Positions 48,354 to 57,806 of a DNA stretch of 64,000 bases are shown here, in pieces. Positions within the stretch are counted from its first letter, which is position 1, and every line of letters starts with the position of its first letter. The stretch lies in contig CAYYBG010000003.1 in assembly GCA_964470195.1 (NCBI GenBank), positions 9,012-73,011 on the forward strand, written 5' to 3'. The notes under the pieces are model-generated. The model searched no databases. It worked only from the letters and a program-made list of their open reading frames with translations, and was not told the origin of the DNA. The position numbers and the translations under genes are program-made. The stretch comes from an uncultured Methylophilaceae bacterium. Lineage in GTDB: Bacteria; Pseudomonadota; Gammaproteobacteria; Burkholderiales; Methylophilaceae.

Positions 48354-48875
48354 TTATTTCTTTTTGGCAGGTGCAAGCACCATCACCATTTGGCGGCCTT
48401 CCATCTTGGGGAACTGCTCCACTTGGGCAAACTCTTTAGTGTCTTCTTCTACACGTTTTAACAAGGCCATGCCCAATTCTTGATGGGTGATTTCACGACC
48501 ACGAAAACGCAAGGTAATTTTTGCCTTGTCGCCATCTTCAATAAAACGCGTAATGTTACGTAACTTAATTTTGTAATCGCCTTCGTCAGTCCCAGGGCGA
48601 AACTTAATTTCTTTTACGTGAACTTGCTTTTGCTTCATTTTGGCTTCGTGTTGACGTTTGCTTTCGGCATATTTAAATTTGCCATAATCCATCAAACGAC
48701 ACACCGGAGGGCTTGCTTGCGGTGCAATCTCAACCAAATCGATATCTAACTCTTCTGCTTTTTGCAAAGCTTCTGAGATAGAAACAATTCCAAGAGACTC
48801 TCCCTCTATACCAACTAATCGAATCGTGGAAACAGTAATATCTTCATTGATTCGAACTTCTTTATCTTGAGCTAT
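48354..48875 (-). CDS. infC: translation initiation factor IF-3, non-canonical start (ATA proposed)
   Basis: The conserved N-domain ([29 protein letters not shown]) lies upstream of the first ATG/GTG/TTG. An in-frame TAG sits at 48909-48911. ATA at 48875-48873 has GGAG 8 nt upstream. IF-3 genes classically use AUU or AUA starts. Confidence 0.9.
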   Translation of the reverse strand: MAQDKEVRINEDITVSTIRLVGIEGESLGIVSISEALQKAEELDIDLVEIAPQASPPVCRLMDYGKFKYAESKRQHEAKMKQKQVHVKEIKFRPGTDEGDYKIKLRNITRFIEDGDKAKITLRFRGREITHQELGMALLKRVEEDTKEFAQVEQFPKMEGRQMVMVLAPAKKK

Positions 48876-48918
48876 CGCAAATTCTCCAAAATCATCGGGA
48901 ACCAGTCCCTAAAAAAAC

Positions 48919-50835
48919 TTAAGCCGCGCTACCTTTAGTATCGACCTGTTGACGCAGCATCTCAATAAACGCTGATAACTGCATCGCACCCAGATCTTCA
49001 CCTTTTCGGGTACGCACGGCTACTTGTCCGTTTTGCATCTCACGCTCACCAGTCACCAACAAATAAGGTAATTTCTGTAAGCTATGTTCGCGTATTTTAT
49101 AGGTTATTTTCTCATTTCTCAAGTCTGAAGCGACTCTGAAGCCATTTTTCTTTAACTCCGCCTCGACATGACGCACATAATCCGCCTGAGAATCAGAAAT
49201 ATTCATTACCATGACTTGTACGGGCGCCAACCATACTGGCATGGCACCGGCATAATGTTCTATCAAAATGCCGATAAATCTTTCCATGGAACCGACAATC
49301 GCTCGGTGCAACATCACAGGGTGTTTGCGGCTATTGTCTTCAGCCACATACTCAGCACCCAAGCGCATTGGCAAATTAAAGTCTAGCTGTATGGTGCCTA
49401 CCTGCCACAACCGAGCCAAACTATCTTTGAGAGTAAATTCGATTTTAGGACCATAGAATGCCCCCTCTCCTGGCTGCAAATCATATTGCAGCTGATTGTT
49501 TTGTAGCGCTGTTGCCAACGCTTGCTCGGCTTGATCCCAGACTTCATCAGTGCCGACTCGCTTGGCAGGTCGAGTGGAAAGTTTGACTAATACATCACTA
49601 AAACCAAAGTCAGCATAAACCTGATAGAGCATTTGAATAAAGGTTTCCACCTCGGATTCGATTTGCACTTCGCTACAGAAAATATGCGCATCATCTTGTG
49701 TAAATCCGCGCACACGCATCAATCCGTGCAATGATCCAGAGGGCTCATTGCGATGACAAGAGCCAAATTCAGCCAAACGCAAAGGCAGGTCACGATAACT
49801 GCGCAAATCACTGTTATAGATTTGCACATGACCAGGGCAATTCATTGGTTTTACCGCATAGTCACGATTTTCAGAGGCGGTAGTAAACATATTTTCACGG
49901 TAGTTTTCCCAGTGCCCCGATTTTTCCCATAGGGTTTTGTCCATAATCGTCGGGGTACGCACTTCCTGATAACCGTAGTCGACAAACTTGCCACGCATAT
50001 ACTGCTCAATTTCCTGCCACAGCGACCAACCACGAGGGTGCCAAAACACCATACCGGGGCCGTCATCTTGCATATGGAATAAATCAAGTTGCTTACCAAG
50101 CTTGCGATGATCACGTTTTTCTGCTTCTTCTAAAGCGTGCAAATAGGCATCCAAGTCCTCTTTTTTGCTCCAAGCTGTGCCGTAGATACGTTGCAACATC
50201 TCGTTATTAGAGTCGCCTCGCCAGTACGCACCTGCCAATTTCATTAACTTAAATACTTTAAGTTTGCCAGTAGAGGGCACATGGGGACCACGACACAAAT
50301 CGGTGAAGTTACCCTCGCTATATAGCGACACTTCTTCACCCGCCGGAATAGAGGCAATAATTTCTGCCTTGTAATGCTCGTTAATTGATTTGAAATAACT
50401 AACTGCCTCATCACGCGGCAAGACTTGGCGCGTCACTGGCTCATCCTTTTTGGCCAGCTCCTGCATTTTCTTCTCGATTAACTCGAGATCCTCAGGGGTG
50501 AATGGGCGTTTGTAGGAAAAATCATAATAAAAGCCATTTTCAATGACCGGGCCGATAGTCACTTGAGCCTCAGGAAATAATTCTTTTACCGCATAGGCTA
50601 ATAAATGAGCCGTCGAGTGACGAATAATCTCTAAACCCTCAGCATCACGCTCAGTAATGATAGCGAGTTGCACGTCTTGCTCTATCACATAGGAAGTATC
50701 CACCACGCGGCCATCGACTTTACCGGCCAAAGCAGCACGCGCTAAGCCAGCACCAATATCGGCCGCCACTTCTGCCACGCTCACTGCTTGAGCAAAACTT
50801 CTTTGTGAACCATCTGGTAATTGAATAATTGGCAT
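48919..50835 (-). CDS. thrS: threonine--tRNA ligase
   Basis: 638 aa with a TGS domain start ([10 protein letters not shown]), HSTAHLLA, and class II motifs. Confidence 0.98.
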   Translation of the reverse strand: MPIIQLPDGSQRSFAQAVSVAEVAADIGAGLARAALAGKVDGRVVDTSYVIEQDVQLAIITERDAEGLEIIRHSTAHLLAYAVKELFPEAQVTIGPVIENGFYYDFSYKRPFTPEDLELIEKKMQELAKKDEPVTRQVLPRDEAVSYFKSINEHYKAEIIASIPAGEEVSLYSEGNFTDLCRGPHVPSTGKLKVFKLMKLAGAYWRGDSNNEMLQRIYGTAWSKKEDLDAYLHALEEAEKRDHRKLGKQLDLFHMQDDGPGMVFWHPRGWSLWQEIEQYMRGKFVDYGYQEVRTPTIMDKTLWEKSGHWENYRENMFTTASENRDYAVKPMNCPGHVQIYNSDLRSYRDLPLRLAEFGSCHRNEPSGSLHGLMRVRGFTQDDAHIFCSEVQIESEVETFIQMLYQVYADFGFSDVLVKLSTRPAKRVGTDEVWDQAEQALATALQNNQLQYDLQPGEGAFYGPKIEFTLKDSLARLWQVGTIQLDFNLPMRLGAEYVAEDNSRKHPVMLHRAIVGSMERFIGILIEHYAGAMPVWLAPVQVMVMNISDSQADYVRHVEAELKKNGFRVASDLRNEKITYKIREHSLQKLPYLLVTGEREMQNGQVAVRTRKGEDLGAMQLSAFIEMLRQQVDTKGSAA

Positions 50836-50849
50836 ATAAATTCAGCAAT

Positions 50850-50873
50850 AAAAAAGAGCCGTTAAACGGCCCT
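50850..50873 (-). terminator. possible terminator between the antidote gene and thrS
   Basis: On the minus strand: GGCCGT-tta-ACGGCT hairpin followed by a T-rich run. Confidence 0.45.
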
Positions 50874-50954
50874 ATAGCATAAAACAGCAAAAAAATAACA
50901 ATGTGAATTGTGTCACAAAATCCTTTTAAAAACAAGACAGCATGGGCTTTTCGG

Positions 50955-51287
50955 CTATTTTCTGGAGATTATTTTTAGTTGGTAACCCAAGCCTTTTAAG
51001 ACACGCATTACCGTCGCCAACGAAGGGTTGCCTGTAGGCGAAAATGCCTTATATAAGCCATCGCGACTTATCCCAGTCTCTCTGGATAGCGTTGAGATGC
51101 CATGTGCTCTGGCGACGACACTGATGCCATTGACAAGACTCTGAGGTTGTTCAGTACAAGTCTTCTCCTGCAAATAGTCTAATTCACTGGCATAACTTGC
51201 TAACACTTTTTGACACTCTAATTTGCTAAGTGCATTATGCTTGTTGGCAGGCTTGACTTCTGAAGAGTTGGTCATCGTTGCCCCCAT
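50955..51287 (-). CDS. addiction-module antidote protein (HigA-like HTH, HI1420-type), orphan
   Basis: C-terminal HTH block IS.LSRETGISRDGLYKAFSPTGNPSLATVMRVLKGLGYQLKI. No partner toxin ORF lies between it and tRNA-Val. Confidence 0.8.
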   Translation of the reverse strand: MGATMTNSSEVKPANKHNALSKLECQKVLASYASELDYLQEKTCTEQPQSLVNGISVVARAHGISTLSRETGISRDGLYKAFSPTGNPSLATVMRVLKGLGYQLKIISRK

Positions 51288-51369
51288 GACAAAATGAAGA
51301 TTTAATTCTATATTAAAACCTCAAGCAGCCTTCCGCAAGCAAAATCAATCATATTGAATGAGTTGAAAA

Positions 51370-51446
51370 TTGGTAGGCACGATTGGATTCGAACCAACGA
51401 CCTCTTCCATGTCAAGGAAGCGCTCTAACCAACTGAGCTACGCGCC
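51370..51446 (-). tRNA. tRNA-Val (anticodon GAC)
   Basis: The reverse complement reads AGGCGCGTAGCTCAGTTGGTTAGAGCGCTTCCTTGACATGGAAGAGGTCGTTGGTTCGAATCCAATCGTGCCTACCA. Confidence 0.95.
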
Positions 51447-51579
51447 TAAATCGAAGTGAGGCGCCATTCTAAATGAAGCCAAGCAGCAAAGCAATGTTCC
51501 TCATGCCGGACAACTTTGGCGATGACTGGTCAAAGGCTTGGTTTAAAAATAAATCAAGTCAATAATAGAGTATTAAAAC

Positions 51580-53097
51580 ATGAGCTTGCGCTCACCATTT
51601 GAAAACACCAACATGACTCAGCAAACTACAAACCTACCCTCAGCATCTGTGGATGAATTAAGCACCTTATTACACAGTATGTTCAGCCCAGCGCAATTTG
51701 AGCAAGTTGGTCAGCAAATGATAGCTATGCTGGCACAGTATCTCAGCATGAATATCCAACAGCAAAATCCAGTGGTGCATTATCAATCGCCACAACAATT
51801 GAGCCAGCACTTTAGTGAAGCGTTACCCAAACAAGCGAGTTTAAGCTCCACAGAATTGGCTAGTTTTTTACAACAACATGTATTGGCGTATGCTCTAAAT
51901 ATTCATCATCCAGGCAACTTTGGCCACCAAGTTTCTACCCCATTGCCGATGACCGCTTTATGCGATCTTGTCGCAGCTTTAAGTAATCAAGCCATGGCTA
52001 TTTATGAGGCTGGCCCAAGCGCAACCATGATAGAGCGACAACTGATACGCTGGCTGTGTGAATTGGTGGATCAGCATAGTTGGAGTGACGCCGATGGTGT
52101 ACTGACCTCTGGTGGCGCACAAGCCAATCTCACAGCGCTGCTGGCTGCACGCCAAGCGTTTAGCCTACAACAGGGAAAGGACTATTGGCAGAGCGGTTTA
52201 CATGGCCAAGCCGCTTGTTATATTTTGGCATCTGCACACTGCCATTATTCAGTAGCCCGTGCGGCTGGAATAATGGGCTTGGGTAGTCAAGCGGTGATTA
52301 ATATTGCCTGCGACGCTGAAGGACGCATGCAAGCCGACATTCTAGAAAAACAATTACAGCAACATGCCGGCCAAGTAATGGCCATCGTTGCGAATGCAGG
52401 TTGTACACCCAGTGGCAGTATAGACCCATTGCCACAGATTGCTGCGCTAGCACAGCGATATCGAGTATGGCTGCATATTGATGGAGCCCATGGTGCCTCG
52501 ATGTTGCTGAGTGACACCTTAAGGGAAAAACTCACTGACATCCAATATGCCCAGTCGATTGTTTGGGACGGACACAAACTGGGGTATCTTCCTGCTACCG
52601 TATCTGCAGTACTATTCAAACGTCGCAGTGATAGCTTGCTGGCGTTTGCGCAACAAGCGTCTTATTTGTTTGATGAGGATAGTACCGATAAAGCCTATGA
52701 CCAAAGTCAGCGCACCTTGGAATGCACCAAGCGCATGATGGGGCTGAAATGGTGGGTGGCATTTAAGTTATATGGCACGCAAGCATTGGCGAATTTGGTT
52801 GAACATGTTTTTCAAACGGCAGGCATCATGGCCGAAACAATACAGCAAGCGAAAGACTTTGAGCTGTTGATGCTGCCACAAACCAATATTGTGCTATTTC
52901 GCTATTTACCCTATGCGAATCAAGCCCTGATCAGAAAATCCTTGCTGCAATCCGGCCAATTTCATCTCACTCAAGTGGACTGGCATGGACATATTTATTT
53001 GCGCGCCACACTGATGAATCCATTTACTAGCAAGCCAGACGTACAGGCTTTATTGCAAGCCATTAGGAAAACTGCACAGCGGCTGAGTATGGACTAA
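51580..53097 (+). CDS. pyridoxal-dependent (group II) amino-acid decarboxylase
   Basis: SGGAQANLTALLAAR, HIDGAHGAS, and the PLP-lysine block WDGHKLGY. Confidence 0.85.
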   Translation: MSLRSPFENTNMTQQTTNLPSASVDELSTLLHSMFSPAQFEQVGQQMIAMLAQYLSMNIQQQNPVVHYQSPQQLSQHFSEALPKQASLSSTELASFLQQHVLAYALNIHHPGNFGHQVSTPLPMTALCDLVAALSNQAMAIYEAGPSATMIERQLIRWLCELVDQHSWSDADGVLTSGGAQANLTALLAARQAFSLQQGKDYWQSGLHGQAACYILASAHCHYSVARAAGIMGLGSQAVINIACDAEGRMQADILEKQLQQHAGQVMAIVANAGCTPSGSIDPLPQIAALAQRYRVWLHIDGAHGASMLLSDTLREKLTDIQYAQSIVWDGHKLGYLPATVSAVLFKRRSDSLLAFAQQASYLFDEDSTDKAYDQSQRTLECTKRMMGLKWWVAFKLYGTQALANLVEHVFQTAGIMAETIQQAKDFELLMLPQTNIVLFRYLPYANQALIRKSLLQSGQFHLTQVDWHGHIYLRATLMNPFTSKPDVQALLQAIRKTAQRLSMD

Positions 53098-53951
53098 GAC
53101 TGCTTGACTGGTAGTGGGTAGCCACCACTTCGATAGCTAGGATATTGCAATTGATAGCCTGAATTTAGCATACGCTGATTGGAAAAAAATCTTCCCCCGC
53201 TCAATGGCCTGTCGGCAAAGGTTTGGCTAACCCCCATTTGCTCAGCGAAGTAACTAAGCACCTCATACATTGGTGCTGGTTGACTGTCAGTGACAATATA
53301 AAGACGTTGTATAGCCTCGCCACGCAAATAGGCTTGTATTAAATGCAAGATAAATCCAACCGCATCATCTCGATGAATACGGTTAGTCCATTTATTTTGC
53401 TCAGGCCAGACGGCAGGGTTACTTGCCCATTGCAACATGCGATTGCGCCCCGGCCCATAGATACCGGTCAGGCGTAACACCACTGCTTGATCAAGCGGCT
53501 GTAATAGCGCTTCCGCTTGCATCAAACGCTGTCCGCCAAAATCACTATGCAGCGGCATGCTTTGTTCATCTAAAGCAAGTTCGCTATCTTGTCCATACAT
53601 ACGGGTACTGGAGATAAATATGATGAGTGGCTGATTAGCCAGCGCTTGACAGGCTTGTAGGGTATTCTGCAGACCTTGGACATATTGTTGCTGATAATTC
53701 GCATCAGTTTGCTCGGTAGCTGCGACACAATACACCAGCACTTTAGGTTGTGCCTCGACAATCACCGACAGACTTGCAGGTTGGCTAATATCAGCAAAGG
53801 CACAAGCAAATTCTTGAGCATCAGGATGGCGGCGCAAACCCAGTACGCTTAAATCATGCAACTGACATTGTTGGGCTAAAGCACTGCCTAAGTCACCACA
53901 TCCCACGATGACGATATCGGCTTTCAAGTTGGCATTCCCATCGGCTGCCAA
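53094..53951 (-). CDS. NAD(P)-binding Rossmann-fold SDR/epimerase-like protein
   Basis: N-terminal IVIVGCGDLGSALA dinucleotide-binding motif. The start is uncertain (ATG 53951 or TTG 53927). Confidence 0.75.
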   Translation of the reverse strand: MAADGNANLKADIVIVGCGDLGSALAQQCQLHDLSVLGLRRHPDAQEFACAFADISQPASLSVIVEAQPKVLVYCVAATEQTDANYQQQYVQGLQNTLQACQALANQPLIIFISSTRMYGQDSELALDEQSMPLHSDFGGQRLMQAEALLQPLDQAVVLRLTGIYGPGRNRMLQWASNPAVWPEQNKWTNRIHRDDAVGFILHLIQAYLRGEAIQRLYIVTDSQPAPMYEVLSYFAEQMGVSQTFADRPLSGGRFFSNQRMLNSGYQLQYPSYRSGGYPLPVKQS

Positions 53952-54535
53952 CTACCCGACATATATTTTTCTAGCCACATCAGCGCAATAATGGTTTTAC
54001 CGTCACTGATCAATCCCTGCTGAACAGCATCCATACATTGCTGAACCGACATATCGAAGATTTGCAAGTTTTCATCTTGGTCTCGGTGTGCTTGACCTAA
54101 TGTCAGACCTGTCGCTAAAAACATATAAATCGCTTCCGTGGAATAACCTATGCATGGATGCTGAAATCCGAGATAAGTCCATTGCGCAGCGCGATAGCCA
54201 GTTTCTTCTTGTAACTCGCGCTGACCAGTCAATAACAATGATTCACCTGGATCAATTTTTCCGGCTGGTAATTCGATAAATACTTTTTGCAGAGGATAGC
54301 GAAACTGGCGCTCTAACACCAGATGACCATTATCAAGCAAAGGCAGAATAATCACAGCACCAGGATGTACCACAAACTCACGAAAACCTTGGCGGCCGCT
54401 GGGCAAACGAATTTGGTCACGTTGAACATAAATCATTTTGCCACCGCTGATTTTTTCTGAGCTAATGCAAGTTTCGACCAGGTCTGGAAAATCAGCGTTA
54501 TCGAGAGGGGCAAGTGGATCACGCTCAGTCGTCAT
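53924..54535 (-). CDS. NUDIX hydrolase (ADP-ribose pyrophosphatase-like)
   Basis: Nudix box LPAGKIDPGESLLLTGQRELQEETGY. The ATG at 54535 overlaps the upstream stop (TAATG). Confidence 0.88.
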   Translation of the reverse strand: MTTERDPLAPLDNADFPDLVETCISSEKISGGKMIYVQRDQIRLPSGRQGFREFVVHPGAVIILPLLDNGHLVLERQFRYPLQKVFIELPAGKIDPGESLLLTGQRELQEETGYRAAQWTYLGFQHPCIGYSTEAIYMFLATGLTLGQAHRDQDENLQIFDMSVQQCMDAVQQGLISDGKTIIALMWLEKYMSGSWQPMGMPT

Positions 54536-54834
54536 TAGGCTCTCCACAAATAGCGCAGAATAAAGCCTGGCGCAGCAAATACCAGCGTCAAGCATACGGT
54601 GATGGCATAAAACTCCCAGCTTTGATGCGTCAAATGACCGATTGCTTGATACTCCGCATAACGCGCTAATCCGCCGAGTATGAAGTACCAGCATAGCAAC
54701 TCAAACATACCGATTGCTATGGACTTACTAGTGCGATTGAACGCATGTAGGGGAATTAAAAACAAAAATCGAGCGCTAAACCATAGACTGTTGAGGATAA
54801 GTAGAGCTAAAACAACAATCAAGCCTTGGGTCAT
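54535..54834 (-). CDS. DUF2818-like small membrane protein downstream of nuoN
   Basis: Three TM helices. It occupies the conserved position after nuoN seen in Betaproteobacteria. Confidence 0.65.
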   Translation of the reverse strand: MTQGLIVVLALLILNSLWFSARFLFLIPLHAFNRTSKSIAIGMFELLCWYFILGGLARYAEYQAIGHLTHQSWEFYAITVCLTLVFAAPGFILRYLWRA

Positions 54835-54845
54835 GATTTAGCCTG

Positions 54846-56306
54846 CTATTGCAAACTGTGCGAAATCGCGTAAGCACAAATTGACATCAGGGGCTGAGGC
54901 ATCAGGCCAAACAATAGCAATGCCATGGCGTTTAGACTGAGGACAGTTTTCATCTGGGTGCTTTGTTGAATCGGACTATGATCCTTGGGCTCATCAAAAT
55001 ACATCAGTTTAACGATACGCAAATAGTAAAACGCGCCAATCACGGCCATCAGTACCGCAAAAACCACTACCCCTACAAAGCCTGCTTGTAGCGCTGATTG
55101 TAATACCGTGAACTTGGCATAAAAACCCAGTGTAGGTGGCACACCCGCCATAGAAAACATGGTAATCAGCATCATAAAAGCGAACCAAGGGCTACGCTGA
55201 TTCAGCCCTTTTAAGTCATCTAATTGATCGGCTTCAAAGCCTTTGCGTGACAACAGCAATATCACCCCGAAACCAGCTAGGGACATCATCACATAGGCAC
55301 TGATATAGAACATAGCAGAGGCAAATCCATTCAAGCTGGCGCTCATAATGCCAAGCAATAAAAATCCCACGTGAGAAATAGTGGAATAAGCCAACATGCG
55401 CTTTAAATTAGTTTGGGCAATGGCAGTCACATTCCCCAATGCAATGGACATCACCGCCATGATCAATAGCATCCCTTGCCAATCGACAGCCAGTACATCC
55501 AAACCCTGTGCTAATAACCGAACCACAAAGGCGAAACCGGATAGTTTGCTGACAGCACCAATAAACAGTGTCATCGCGGTTGGCGAGCCATGATAGACGT
55601 CAGGCACCCACATTTGGAAAGGCACCGCGCCCAATTTAAAGGCAATACCCGCCACCACAAATACCAAACCCAACACTAACACCGCATGATGTTCGCTGGT
55701 CTCCATCAGTGCCGAGGAAATATCGCGCAGATTGAGGTTGCCGGTTGCACCGTATAACATCGACATCCCATAAAGCAACATACCCGAAGCTAGGGCACCC
55801 AGCACAAAATACTTCATGGCAGCCTCGGTGGCTCGCGCATTATCTCGATCTAGAGCCACCAGCGCATATAGACTCAGCGAGAGTAATTCTAGACCCATGT
55901 AAATGGATAGAAAATTGGCCCCCGACACCATCACCATCATGCCCGCTACAGCAAACAATACCAAGGCAAAAAACTCGCCACGATACATATGTCGCTGAAT
56001 TAAATATTGGCGACTATATACCAAGGTAATCGAAGTACTGACGTAAATCATCAGTTTCAGCACGTCGGCCAATGTGTCATCGACAAACATACTAGAGAAG
56101 GCATAGCCCACCCCCGGCGCTGAGGTCTGTATAGTCAAATAAGCAGCACCCAACAGAGTGAGTTGCGTCATGCTGTCAATCACCCCTCTGGCGCTTGGTT
56201 TGATAAACAAATCAAGCAGCAATACCACCATTGCCATGATGAGCACGAATAACTCTGGCAGGGCTGAAATTAAATCAAATTGCAATGCATTCATGGGTGT
56301 ATCCAT
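54846..56306 (-). CDS. nuoN: NADH-quinone oxidoreductase subunit N
   Basis: Antiporter-like polytopic subunit; assigned by operon position. Confidence 0.95.
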   Translation of the reverse strand: MDTPMNALQFDLISALPELFVLIMAMVVLLLDLFIKPSARGVIDSMTQLTLLGAAYLTIQTSAPGVGYAFSSMFVDDTLADVLKLMIYVSTSITLVYSRQYLIQRHMYRGEFFALVLFAVAGMMVMVSGANFLSIYMGLELLSLSLYALVALDRDNARATEAAMKYFVLGALASGMLLYGMSMLYGATGNLNLRDISSALMETSEHHAVLVLGLVFVVAGIAFKLGAVPFQMWVPDVYHGSPTAMTLFIGAVSKLSGFAFVVRLLAQGLDVLAVDWQGMLLIMAVMSIALGNVTAIAQTNLKRMLAYSTISHVGFLLLGIMSASLNGFASAMFYISAYVMMSLAGFGVILLLSRKGFEADQLDDLKGLNQRSPWFAFMMLITMFSMAGVPPTLGFYAKFTVLQSALQAGFVGVVVFAVLMAVIGAFYYLRIVKLMYFDEPKDHSPIQQSTQMKTVLSLNAMALLLFGLMPQPLMSICAYAISHSLQ

Positions 56307-56318
56307 TATGGAATAGAG

Positions 56319-57806
56319 TTAATGAATTGGTAACTTTGAAATCGACATATGCTCTAAGAAGCTCTGCGATGTGACCTGGGTAATGTCTGTCAGGATCTTG
56401 GGATACAAACCTAATCCAATCACCAAGCCAGCTAATATCAGCAATATCAGCAATTCACGTGCGTTTAAATCTTGTAATACCGCGACCTGTTTGTGCACCA
56501 CGCTTCCAAAAAATACGCGTTTCACCATCCATAAAGTATAGGCTGCGCCAAAAATCAGGGTGGTTGCCGCTAAGAAGGCATACCAGAAGTTCTGTTGCAA
56601 GGCAGCCAATATCACCATAAATTCACCCACAAAACCAGAAGTGCCAGGCAATCCAGCATTAGCCATTGCAAACAACACGGCAAATGCAGCAAATTTAGGC
56701 ATGGTATTGACCACACCACCATAATCGGCGATTTGTCTTGAGTGGACACGGTCGTACAGCACACCCACAGAGAGGAACATTGCACTTGAGATAAAGCCAT
56801 GAGACACCATCTGCATCATCGCACCGTCAACGCCTAGCTGATTAAACAAGAAAAAGCCTAAAGTAACAAAGCCCATATGCGAAATCGAGGAATAGGCAAT
56901 CAACTTTTTCATATCTTGTTGTACCAAGGCCACCAAAGCAATGTATACAACCGCAATCAAAGATAAGGTAATCATCATACCTGTTAGCGCATGCGCGGCA
57001 TCTGGTGCAATCGGCATAGCAAAACGTAAAAAGCTATAACCGCCCAATTTCAAAGCAATCGCTGCCAACACCACCGAGCCTCCAGTAGGCGCTTCAACGT
57101 GGGCATCTGGCAGCCAAGTATGAACAGGCCACATTGGAATTTTGACGGCAAAAGCAGCAAAAAAAGCCAGGAAAATCAGAATTTGCACCGGCATCGCCAA
57201 GGGAACACGGTAATAATCAGAAATTTCGAAACTGTTGGTTTGATAGAACAGATAAATAAAAGCCACCAACATCAACAGGGAACCCAGCAAGGTATACAAG
57301 AAGAACTTGATGGTGGCATACACACGGTTAGGTCCACCCCAAATGCCAATCACCAAAAACATGGGAATCAGCATCGCCTCCCAGAAAACATAATACAGAA
57401 TGGCATCTAGCGCAGAAAACACCCCTATCATCAAACCTGACATAATCAAGAACGCTGCCAGATATTGTGCCACGCGTTTTTCGATCACTTCCCAGCCAGC
57501 TATCACCACCAAAATTGTTGTGAAACTGGTCAGCAAAATAAGCGGTACGGCGAAACCATCTACCCCTAAGTGATAGTGAATATTAAACGCTGGTATCCAA
57601 TTCCATCCCTCTTCAAATTGAAAACCACCGTAGCTCATATCAAAACCGGTATACAGAGGCAACGTGACAGCAAATGCAAGCAAGCTACCTAGCAAAGCCA
57701 CCCAGCGCGCGAGACCGGCACGGCGGTCATCGCCAGTGAGTAACACCAAAATGCCAGCTAGGATAGGAACCCAGATAGCGAGTGAAAGTATAGGCAAATC
57801 AGTCAT
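56319..57806 (-). CDS. nuoM: NADH-quinone oxidoreductase subunit M
   Basis: Antiporter-like subunit (WLPDAHVEAPT); assigned by operon position. Confidence 0.95.
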   Translation of the reverse strand: MTDLPILSLAIWVPILAGILVLLTGDDRRAGLARWVALLGSLLAFAVTLPLYTGFDMSYGGFQFEEGWNWIPAFNIHYHLGVDGFAVPLILLTSFTTILVVIAGWEVIEKRVAQYLAAFLIMSGLMIGVFSALDAILYYVFWEAMLIPMFLVIGIWGGPNRVYATIKFFLYTLLGSLLMLVAFIYLFYQTNSFEISDYYRVPLAMPVQILIFLAFFAAFAVKIPMWPVHTWLPDAHVEAPTGGSVVLAAIALKLGGYSFLRFAMPIAPDAAHALTGMMITLSLIAVVYIALVALVQQDMKKLIAYSSISHMGFVTLGFFLFNQLGVDGAMMQMVSHGFISSAMFLSVGVLYDRVHSRQIADYGGVVNTMPKFAAFAVLFAMANAGLPGTSGFVGEFMVILAALQQNFWYAFLAATTLIFGAAYTLWMVKRVFFGSVVHKQVAVLQDLNARELLILLILAGLVIGLGLYPKILTDITQVTSQSFLEHMSISKLPIH

